Assembly (NCBI GenBank): GCA_039621445.1
Contig: CP154954.1
Coordinates: forward strand, 16,510,140 to 16,574,139
Length of the DNA stretch: 64,000 bases
Direction of reading: 5' to 3'
DNA from: Euglena gracilis
Taxonomy: Eukaryota
The stretch's first letter is position 1, and the number at the start of each line of letters is the position of its first letter. The translations under genes and the position numbers were made by a program. Shown here piece after piece: positions 53,495 through 64,000 of this stretch. The notes under the pieces were generated by a model. The model made no database searches and was not told the DNA's origin. It saw nothing but the letters and a program-made list of their open reading frames with translations.

Positions 53495-56021
53495 GATTGG
53501 TGTGGATGGGAAGTGTGTGGTGCAGGTGTGTCGGAGGTGGAGGGGGCTGCTTTGTTTTCATTCCAGGAGGTGCTCTGGGTGGTGACGGCAGGGCGTCCCC
53601 CGCCTGGCCTCCGACACAGCGAAACCGGGGGTGCCGGCTCACTACGCTGCGTCATCACTGGCCCACCACCACGGCCCCCGGTGTCCTCCTGGAAGGAAAG
53701 CTGCCGCTGCTGCTGGCGCTGCTGCTGCTGCTGCTGTCGCTGTTGCTGCTGCTGCTCCTGCTGCTGCCTGCGGGAGTTGGTTTGGGTCGTTTTGTCGGGT
53801 TTGCGGCTTTGCCGGTCCCTTGGGGGGTAGGAGGCTCCTCCCGTGGTTGTTGAACCCTCCCCCCTCCCGCTGGGGCTGGGTTGCTGCTGCTGCTGCCTTC
53901 GGCTGCGGCGGCTTTGGAGCACATCCCATTGGTTGGGGTGTGCGGGGATCGGAGGGGGGCCTGCCCGGTTTGCCCCATTCTCTCCCCTGGTGCTCCTTTG
54001 GTTGGCTGGGGGCACCGACACCCCCCGACAGTGGCGTTCTTCAAAATTTTCCTTCATTTGTTGGACTTCTCGGGTCAGTGCAGCGATGGTCTCTGCCATT
54101 CGCTTCAGCTGCTTATGCACGGCTGCCCCTCGCCTGCCGTACACAGGGGTCCACTCGGCACCCTCTTCCTCTCTTAAGCCTTGGGTGCCCTGCACACTCT
54201 CAGGGCGGGAGGGTCTGAAAAATCTCATGGCGGCGGGGGTTTTCTGTCTCCCCAGGGCGGTGCCCACGGGTCGCTTCCCTATTGGGTCACCAAGGGGCTT
54301 GGGGCCGGGGCAAATCCCGCTTTGCGAACTCCCCTGCGGAACGGGTTGGCGGGGCACAGGCACCACGCTGCCTGCCGCCCGCCTGGACATTGTGCTGTCT
54401 CGCTCCGGGAGCGTGGGGCCCGGAGTGGTTGTTAGATGGCTGCCCTGGGGGTTTGCCTTCCGGGTGGTGGTGTCGAGGACCAGGGTGGTCGGCCTCCCCG
54501 ATCCTGGCGCCTTCGTGCCAGTCGTGCAACAGGTGTTCCTGGGCAGTGCTGCTGGCCATGTGGCTGGCTGCTGCTTCGTCTAGCCATTGCTGGATGGCCT
54601 CCCTCCGTTGTGGCCCACAGCAGGCCCAGACTTGGCTTTGCAGCTCGTGGTCCCAAGAAAAGAATATTGCCTTCCCTCGGCCTGGGTGCCTGCACCTCAT
54701 TGCTGACTTCCATTCCTCGTACTTCTCCCTCCACTCTTTCGGCCACTCGCTCAAAATGGTGTACTTGCGCTTCTTGGAGGGGGCTTGTGAGGACGAGTCA
54801 TCCTCTTCTTGTTCTTCTTCTTCGGCGAGGAATGCTTGTGGTGGGGGGGCAGGCAGCATGAGACGATTGGCAGCCTCGATGGCTGGGATGGCTGGGGCCT
54901 CGATGAGGCCTGTGGGTGCCGGGCCGTTGATGAGTGCATTGACTTGGACGTTTTGCACCGGGGCCGGGTTGGTGGCTGGGGAGGTAGATGGGAATTGGGA
55001 CCCGCACCTCGACTGGCACCGGCACCCGAACCTCCACGGGCACCTGCACTGGAACCTGCACGAGGCGCTCCACGATGCGATCCACGAAGACCGGCTCCCG
55101 GACCGGAACAGGTACCTGCCTCTCCACGATCACCGGTCGATCCACCAGGACCACCCGTTCCTGGTAGACCTCGCGGATGGCTGGCACCGGTGGAGCTGTT
55201 GTGGAGGTCTGGTCTGCCTCAGCATGGTGCTGGGAGGATGCACCATCGTGGATGGCCGGGGAGTCTTCCACTGGCGGTGGTGGGGGTGGGAGAGGCTCCA
55301 GGACAGGGGTGGGGATTGAAAGATCTAGAAAAGCCGGCTATCGACAGGCCAGCCTGGGCGGGGAAGCCGGGAGAGACACTGAGGCGTCCCCCAGTGTGGA
55401 GTCAGGCTGGCCTCGGTCCCTTCCCACCTCCCACAAGAGGGCTCGGTCACCGTCACCCCCCTGGACGTCTCCAGCATGCAGGTTGGCGGATGTACCAGGC
55501 GGTATCGGGACCGCGGCTGACATCGCCGGTTGGGGAGAGGAGGATTGTATTGGAGGCGGGGGGACATACCAGGAGGGGCTGCAGCAGAAACAGCAGCATG
55601 GCCGACAGACTCAACGCCCAAAGGGTGATCCCCCGGGGTTGAAGGAGGCCGGTGGTCGTTGGGCAAATGTGCGGCGCCCCTGGGTGGATGTGCTCGCGCA
55701 GAACCCTCTCCTTTGCCTTGCCCTGGAGCCTCTGGTGGTGGGTGGATGTGTGCGTGCTTGGGCACCCGCTGCTTTCCGTGTCGCACGTGGGCCGCGTGGT
55801 CGACCTCCATCACGTCAGAGTCTGACCCCGCTCTCGGTGAAGCTGGGGGAGTCATTTCCGCCAGGAGGTCGTCAATGCCTTCTGTGGGCGCGGGTGCGGC
55901 GGGATGTCCAAACACAGCGAGGAAATCCTCCGTTGAGGGAGCATGTGCTTGGTCCAGCGGTATGGCGGTGGCCCACGGGGCAGGCGGCGCGCGGTTTGGG
56001 CCGGTGAGAAGCCACCTCCAG

Positions 56022-56022
<1 letters not shown>
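53435..56022 (-). pseudogene. Intronless low-complexity retro-cassette ORF (frameshifted) between two (GA)n tracts
   Basis: Overlapping minus-strand ORFs 55325-55915, 54798-55271, 54287-54958 and 52774-54390 appear to chain by frameshifts. No RT or endonuclease motif seen. Confidence 0.55.
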
Positions 56023-56089
<67 letters not shown>

Positions 56090-56208
56090 GAATCGGTGTT
56101 GCTGGGGGAACTCCTTGGGGGGAACTCCTTGCCGACCCGAGAGTGTGTGCTTGTGGGGGAAGTGTGTTGTGTCAGTCGGTGTGGGCGCGTGTGTTGTCAG
56201 TCTGTGTT

Positions 56209-56281
56209 GCGGTTTCGCCCCAGGCTGGCAGGTGGGGCATCGTCAGGGGTGACGACCCTGCCAACCCTCGTCCCCGACCGC
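56209..56281 (-). ncRNA. Type III hammerhead ribozyme, family 2
   Basis: GCGGUC^GGGGACGA-loop-UCGUCACCC CUGACGA U GCCCCA-loop-UGGGGC GAAACCGC. Confidence 0.85.
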
Positions 56282-56664
56282 TCTTGTCTGTGTGGCGCAG
56301 ACCGTTACAAACGAGCTCTGCGTTACCATCCAGGTGGTGGGGGAGGGGGGCGGGATGAAAAAAAACCGGCCCCAAGAACAAGGCAGCGCGGGACGGAAAA
56401 ATGGTCCACTACCTACGGGGCACCCTCCGGGACAGCACCCTTTTGGGAGGGCGAGACAAGGCCCTTTCGGTGTGGAAAGAGGCAAAAATTGCCGAAAAAT
56501 ACGGACGGCACCCGAAGGCTTGGGGCGTGAGTACCCAAATTAAGCCGCCGGTCCTGGGGTCGCAGCACCAACCCCTGGGGGAGGGGGTGGCCTGAGCCGC
56601 CGGTTGCTCAGCAGAACTGCCGCGGGTTTAGCCCACAAAATGGGGCGCTGGGGGCGAGGCATGG

Positions 56665-56734
<70 letters not shown>

Positions 56735-56735
56735 G

Positions 56736-57145
56736 TAAACCCCCCCCCCAAATAATAACCCCCCCAAATTACCCCCCAAATCCCCCTCGGGCCGAGACTT
56801 CGGTGACCCCCGCCCCCCCCCCCCCTAATTTCGGGCCGACGTCCCGATTTTGAAAATGTAGGTAAATAAATAACCATCTTTGACAATAAATTACACAAAA
56901 AAATTATTCATTACAAAAATATTTTTCTGGATCATCTGGCGTCCAAAAATGCTAAATTTCATGAGAAAATAAAATAAATGACCAAAAAAGGGGGGGTTGG
57001 GTGCTATTTTGGGTCCTATGTGACTTCGAAAAACTTCGAAAATTCTGGGGAGCTATTACTCCCCCCAAATAATACCCACCCCTCGTGCGGGACTTCGGGC
57101 GAAAAAATAATAACCCGGGGGGGGAGATATTATTTGGGGGGGTTA
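56736..57145. mobile_element. MITE related to 24284-24697
   Basis: CCCCCCCCAAATAATA ... TATTATTTGGGGGGG inverted ends. Confidence 0.55.
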
Positions 57146-59213
57146 CACCAGGGTGCGTCCACCTCCCCCATTTCTGGTATGCTGTGACAGACTGCCTGTC
57201 ATGTGGTCTGGGAGCAGTCCGGGCCACCCAAGTCAGGGGGGGGGGGAGGCCTGACCTTGGGGGGATGGCCCTATGGCCTGGGGGCGGTCCGGGCCGCTTC
57301 GGAGCTGCAGCCACAGGTCAGACTTGCTGGGGAGCTGCTGCATGAGGCTGAACGGCGCGGCCATACGGCTTGGGGGGGGGGGGCACGGAACGCTGGAGAA
57401 CCCTGGTGGAGGTGGGAAGGGTGGCAGGAAGGCGTAGATTGGATTGAGACGTCTGGACCTTCGGATGATCAGAGGTTGGGGGCAGATCGCCTCCAACCGG
57501 GTGGACTGCATTGCAACACGTTTCAAAAATGTTTAGTATTGTTGAAAATTCAAAATGAAATTTAATGGGGGGACTAAGATATGTTTCCCATTATCGATGC
57601 ATGCCGCGTTGGTTGCTGAAAGAACAGCCGTCAAACTATATGAATGCAGTTTTCTTCCATCATGTTAATCCTTTGGTTTTTTTAATTGCGGCCACCAGAT
57701 CACCGAAATGTTCCTACCTAGACTTCCCCCCCATCCAGGGGGTTTGAGTATGTGTCCCGCCAAAAGTTTCACAGCAAAGGAGAGTCTCCAAGGGTGGGGG
57801 GGAGCCCGCAAGAGGGATGGGGGTGGTGGGTCCTTGAGAGTGGGTGGGCGGTGGGCGGGGTTGGGCTGCTGGACCAACCGGGCGTTGATAGTGCTGTATT
57901 TTCTTCAGAAGTAGCTCTGGATGGGTGTTCGTAAAGACACATAATCACTGGGGGGGGGGGGCTGTGCTCCCCGTTCCTTGGGCCTCCTGTTGTGGGATTT
58001 GTGGTGCGTGGTGTGATGGATGACGTCGCTGATCGTCATTCTTTCGGCCAGGGCTCCCTCACCTGCTTGGTCCCCCACCAGATGCACAACGCGACGATGA
58101 AGCCCACACGCATCGCTTCGTCATGTACCGCATTGCGCGTGCACGACGGACGTCAACTTGCCACGAAGAGGCAAGAACGGGCAAGAGGCCTCTGTCTGCA
58201 CTGGCAACCGTTGGGGGTTCTTGGGTACGCAATCCACAGGATCCCCCAAAGATGCGAAATCACAGGTTGGACTAAGATTGGTCATTCTTGGCATCCCTTT
58301 GTGGGTCTCTAGAAAATTTTCTGTGACTGAGAACTACATCTGAATGGTGGCGTCACGTACAGCATTGCCAACCGTTGCCAGACAAGAACAGGCTCAGATG
58401 AAATAGTTATGGTTTTCCTTGGTATATGAAGCGGGGTTGAGGGAGGACAGCGAAGACCCGCTTTGGCTTAGACGGGGGCAGCCACCGCAAACGCAAAGAC
58501 CCCCTGCTCGTTGGATCGGAAACCAAGCAAGAACCCTTCAAAAATCACTGAACCAGGCTTAAAATTCCCTTGAGTGCGATTCTGCGTCGTTTTTTATTTT
58601 GGGTCAAAAACCGTGAATTTTCTCTTGCAGAAAAAAACCACAGTTGGTGTCAGCTCCTACCCCCACCCTCCCCATCTTCCAGGGCGGGGGAGGGTTCAAC
58701 AAGGCGTTCCCGTACAGCCCTGCCTCCGCGTTTTGGTACAAATTGCCAGTTTTCCCCCACTCATCGCATCGGAATTGATCCAAAACGAAAGCAAAAGGCA
58801 TGGCTTTCCACTTTCGAAAGCCACTCAATCGATTTTGGAAAAGGGGGTTGGTCATCAGGGGTTTTCGGACCATCCGGGGGGGGGGATCATGCGGGCCGGC
58901 GGTAAAAAGGTGCTGGTTGGACACCACCCCCCAGGGCAGGGTGGGTCCAAAGGGGGGGGGAGTCTGGCCAGCTGGGGTATCGCCAGCAAAAATGGCCAAA
59001 AACATGGCCACCCATCGGTCCAAAACTGGCCACCACAAACCCTCCAAAACTGACCCATTTGCCAGACTCAAAAACTGAACCCCCCAATTTTTTAGCTTTT
59101 TTGAGCGAGAGAACTTGTTGCACAGGAAAAAAAGAATGCAAGAAACAAAAAAAACAAGTTTCAGAAGAAAACGAGCATCTCAGGACAAAACGTTTCTGGT
59201 CAAAATCTGGCAC

Positions 59214-59335
59214 CATCTGGCCCAAAACTGGCCACCACGTCTGGCCCAAAACTGGCCACCACATCTGGCCCAAAACTGGCCAACACATGTGGCCCAAAAC
59301 TGGCCAACACATGTGGCCCAAAACTGGCCACCACC
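59214..59335. repeat. 21-bp minisatellite TGGCCCAAAACTGGCCACCAC, ~5-6 copies
   Basis: Directly visible. Confidence 0.9.
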
Positions 59336-59359
59336 TGTTCAGGGCCACCAATGGTCCCC

Positions 59360-62300
59360 CACGGCAATGGAGGAGAGGACTGGAAGCCGTAGGGAGACTT
59401 GGGGGCACGACGAGGGGGGAGAGGGCCCCCAGGTTTGGATGGGTCGGGACTTGGGGGCAGTGTTGGACATCACGCTGGCCATGAGACAGGCACAGAATCC
59501 AACTCCCTGCCGACCATGAGCCGTCTGTGGTCAAAGCAAGCAGACATTATTTTTGGGCACCTTAAAAATAAAAATTGGCCAAAATGTTGGAAAAAAAACC
59601 TTAAACCCCTGAAAAAACCTTTTAAAAATTACTCTGGCAAAATATTTATCTGACCGAGCAAAATTGAAGTCGCAAAATCTCGACAAAAAACAAACAAATA
59701 ACTCCGGGAAAAAATTTGGCATCGGGGGAACATTGTCTATCCACTCAAACTCGAAAAAATGAGGGTTTCAACTTTGGGCCCGTCAAATGCCCAGACGACC
59801 CTTGGAAAATAGAACCTTAAAAAATCTTAAAACGCCTCAAAGACAATAAAAAAAATAACTTCAGAGTAACTTAAAAATGTTTGAAAATGTTTGATTTAAA
59901 AAAACAATGCGTGAAAACAGGGCTCTACATACAACAGGGTGGGCTTCCAGAAAACCCCTGGGACCGTAAGAGGGTGGACAGAGTAGTATCACCATGACCA
60001 CATGACCAGTTTTCAGTCTTGCACATGCAGCGCTGATCTGAAACATTAAATATCAGAATTTTTTTAAAAAATGCCGCTTCAGGCACTGCATGGGCAAAAA
60101 TCTTGTCAAAGATCGTGGAAAAAAAATTGGCCCATCCTTTCTGGTGTTCCTGGTCTTTGGATAAAACCGTGCTTCTGGTCATGCATCCCTCAATTGTCAC
60201 TACAGCTGACCGATGGTTTTCAATGCACGAGGGGCAGGGCTTTACGGGAAGGCCTAGGTGGGGGGGGGGTCGGAAACCCCCCCAACCCGGGAGATGGGGG
60301 GTGGGTTGACCCCCCTACCCACCACCCTGGATGTTTGGCCGATTCCTGTTCTGCCCTGCCAAAGGGGGGGGGGTCCTTCAGGTGGCTGGGAAGGGTGTTG
60401 GCTGGACCCACTGAAGCAAAGGCAACCTGCCCTACATCTGGGGTGGGGTGGCTTCTGCTCCACTGCCACCCCGCAGCCGAAAATGGGGGCTGTCCCCTGT
60501 GCCGAAATACCTCGTCGGTTTTGGTCACTTTCCCAAAAGAATCGACAAAGTTCCTCGCGTCGTATGAGGAACACGTGTGGCTGCACGGAGCGGGACTTGA
60601 CGTCGTCAATTCATGTGAGCACGTGGCAATTGCCAGTCTTGTCATTCAGTGACGCAACCGATTCAAAAGAAATCCCGCTGGCACTCGTGGGTCCGTCCAC
60701 CCTTGTGGACGCCCGTCCACCCTTGAGATTCTTTTTGGATAAAAGCGACGGAAATGCAAACCGGCATCTAAACCGAGCGCTTACATTGGAGATCTCATTC
60801 GGGGGGAGGGGCTGAAAGCTCTATCTGAAACAGAAAAGACAATAGCTCCAATCATCTCCACAGAAGCTACCACGGTACATACGGGGGTGCACCTGCCCAA
60901 GTGCACAGGTGCACAAAAGGTGTAGCGAGGGAGGGAGGGAGGGAGGGAGGAGGGAGGGGAAAGTCTGGGTACGGGTTGTCAGACTTTTGAGTTGATCACG
61001 AGCCAACGTGGACCACACATTGAGGGCCATCGCAAGGGTCCTGGGGCCAGGTTTAGAAACGAGGAAGACCTATTGGCCCTAAACCTTGGAGGACCGAATA
61101 AAAAGAGTGCGGCCTTGAAATGGGGCTGCAGTCCTCAATGTGGACAACTTCCAACTGCTAAAACCCAGAAATGTGCAATTCTGGAAGACTTTCATGGGAA
61201 ATCCAATAAAATGAACAGAACAATGATTGAAATGGTGAATCAAGAAATGAGCGCTTTCCTTCTTGACTCGCGTCGTTTACTCCGGGAGTTAGACGAAAGC
61301 TGAACATCCCCTGCCCCCCAGACACACACACTGCTGTACAGCAAACTGAACATTGCCAAAGCACCGTCAAAGGAGTACGGATTGTGCACCGTATGGTGGG
61401 CTGCCGCCTTCCTGGGCGACATGGGGGGAGGTAGGCTGGGACCCATCAGAGGGGGATCAGAGGCAGGCAGACCCTCACCGCGGCATCAGTTGCCCGTCTG
61501 TCAGAGGATCTGCCTGGCCGCCATGTACCTCGGGCCGCAGGAGTGCGTGGGAGAGCGGCACGTCAGCGATGATAATGCCGGGCTCTGCCAGTGAGACAGT
61601 CCCACCCATGCAGTTGCTTGGCTGGAATGAGTAGCAGGCAAGCACCCACAGTCATCCAGAATCCCAGACCCAGTCATGCCCGCTCACGCCCGGTCATTTC
61701 ATAGGTGCTTGGTGGCAAGCACTCACTCGGGAGGTACGCTGGACAAGTCAGGTTTTGGGGCAAAAATACAAACTCCCCCCAAAACAAAACCACACAAAAC
61801 AACGTCATCAGAAATGCAGACGCCAGAAACCAGACGCCCTGCCAAAAGGGGTTAATCGGTTTTCCCAAACCAACAGACCAAAAAAAAGCAGTCAGGAGGG
61901 GGGGGGCAGGCATAAGCAACCCTGCACGTCCCCACATCCGACAAGCACGGTGCGGGGACGGGCGGGTGAGCGGCGCCGACGGGCCCGCCGCCCAGTCAGC
62001 CCGGGGAGCCCCAGCGAGCCGCAGCCCGCAGTGCGGGGGGCAGCAGTCCAGCACCCCGAGGGCCAGGGGTTCGGGGGCGGGCAGGGAGCTGGCAGCCCTG
62101 TCCTCCAAAGGCGCGGGCCTGCAGTGTAACGCAGCTACTGACCCCCCCGGCACAGCAACGTTGGAACGTTCTAAAATAGAATCTCTGTCCAATGTTCAAT
62201 TATCCACGTCTGCCAATGTCAGGCAAAACTTACAAAAAATCACACGGGAATCCGGCCTCGCAGGCGGATGTCGAGGCCGCCAATAGTGCTCCACGGCAGC

Positions 62301-63450
62301 GGAGGAGAGGACTGGGAGCCGTAGGGGGACTTGGGGGAACGACGAGGGGGGAGAGGGCCCCCAGGTTTGGACGGGTCGGGACTTGGGAGCAGTGCTGGGC
62401 ACCACGCCGGCCATGAGACAGCAACTCCCTGCCGACCATGAGCTGTCTGTGGTCAAAGCAGGCAGTAATTATTTCAGGGCACCTAAAAAAAAACCTTAAA
62501 GGGCAAAAAAAAACCTTAAAAAACCAGAAAACTGGCCAAAATGTTGAAAAAACCCTTAAAACTCCAAAAAAAAAAACTCTTAAAAATCATTCTGGCAAAG
62601 CTTGTTCCTGACGAGCAAAAACGATGTTGCAAAACTCGACAAAAAAGCAAACCAACTCCGGGAAAAAATGATTTATGGCACTACTCTAACTGGGGAAAAT
62701 GGGTTTCAACTTTTTTGTTAATTTTGGACCCCATTTGATGCCCAGGCGGACCCTAAAAAATATCCTGGGAATCTAAAGAATCCTAAAACACCGAAAACCC
62801 CAAAGAAAGAAAATCCGAAGAAAAAAATACTAAAGCAAACCTGCAAAATGCCTACTTTAAAACCTTGGAAATGTTTCAAAATATTTGACTTAAAAAATAA
62901 TGCCTGAAAGCAGGGCTTTACCTACAACAGGGTGGGCGTCCGGTAAACCCCTGGATCCGTAAGAGGATGGACAGAGTGTTATGACCATGACCATACAACC
63001 ACTCTTGCCTGTGCAGCGCTGGTCTGAAAAATTAAATTTGGTGGCTGGAAAGCCCGCTGAATTGAAAGCAACCTGCCCTCCATCTCAGGTAGGGTGAATC
63101 TCCTCTGCTGCCACCCCACAGCCAAAAAAAATGGGGGCTGTGGACGGCACGCACCCTCCCATTGCCCAAATACCTCATCGGTTTCGGCCGCTTTCACAAA
63201 AGCATCGACAAACTTTTTTGCATCGTATGGCACACCCGTGTGGCTGCAAAGAGTGGGAATTGACGTCGTCAATGCATGCGAGAACGTGGCAACTACTGCC
63301 AGTTTTATCTTTCGCTGGTGTGACCGATTCAAAAGCATTCCCGCTGGCGCTCGTGGGTCCGCCCACCCTTGCAAATTTGTCAGCCAGCAATGCCTCCTGC
63401 CACAACGAGAGTATGATGAGCCTGCAAGACGGAGAGCGGGGGCAGGCCAC
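59360..63450. repeat. Diverged dispersed duplication (59360-60720 vs 62290-63450), with a related piece at ~11340-11480
   Basis: Shared colinear blocks, e.g. GGAGGAGAGGACTGG...GAGAGGGCCCCCAGGTTTGG and TGAGCCTGCAAGA(T/C)GGAGAGCGGGGGCAG. Confidence 0.7.
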
Positions 63451-63924
63451 AATATCGGTTAGCGAAATGTTGCTACCAACCCCTCTGCCGTAGAGTCTCC
63501 CGGATGGAATTGGCTTGATGTGGGGTTGAGCCAGGCATTAGAAGAATGTCGAAACTGAAGGGAAAAAAAGCCATCTGCAAATCGTGTAAAAGAAAATCGA
63601 TTTTGACCAATTTTTGAGCTAGGCAGGACATATCCGACGTATCCGATTTTTACCAATTTTCCCCCGTTTGCCCCGTTTTAACCCATGCACTTTGTCTTTG
63701 AAGAAAAAATACACTACACTGCAGCCGCCCTTCAGGTGCTGGACAGGAGGGGATCCGAGGCTGGGAAAAGACGCTGGCTGGCTGGCTGGCTGGACACACC
63801 AGGGTCCAGCAAAAGTTCCCGTGCCTCTCCAATCAATATCACAAAACCGGGTTTCTTCCCCCCATGTGCATGGTCAAGATTGGATATGAGGCCAGGGGAT
63901 GAAGGCAACTTCACATGCGCGCGC

Positions 63925-63959
63925 ACACATACACACACACGCGCGCACGTGCATGCACA

Positions 63960-64000
<41 letters not shown>
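63925..64000. repeat. (CA)n microsatellite
   Basis: Directly visible. Confidence 0.95.

Overview
Repeat-rich eukaryotic DNA with GC3-rich exons, short GT/GC-AG introns and many microsatellites. An articulin-like VPV repeat hints at a euglenid host, which is not proven. No ordinary housekeeping gene is recognisable. Bases 1-20 kb and 57-64 kb are a graveyard of nested hAT elements, MITEs and a decayed Tc1 transposase. The centre holds two unusual systems. (1) Two related large DNA-transposon-like elements: A at 20670-29275 (22-bp TIRs, TA flanks) and B from about 29521, with an inverted partial copy at about 49.7-52.3 kb. Each carries an intron-containing DDE transposase-like gene and a large intron-containing gene for a ParB/Srx-like domain, a helical/HTH region and possibly a degenerate methyltransferase fold. 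Each element is also studded along its whole length with its own 18-bp palindrome (A: TTTGCGC-WWWW-GCGCGCA; B: GAAGCGG-WWWW-CCGCTTC), which suggests a parB/parS-like self-recognition system. (2) A chain of retroelement-like cassettes joined at (GA)n tracts, with six type III hammerhead ribozyme motifs of two families. Four lie in a 272-bp tandem repeat. The chain also has an intronless ORF with articulin-like repeats and a 2A-like GEADHPGP motif. All protein and RNA assignments come from reading motifs by eye; no database search was run.
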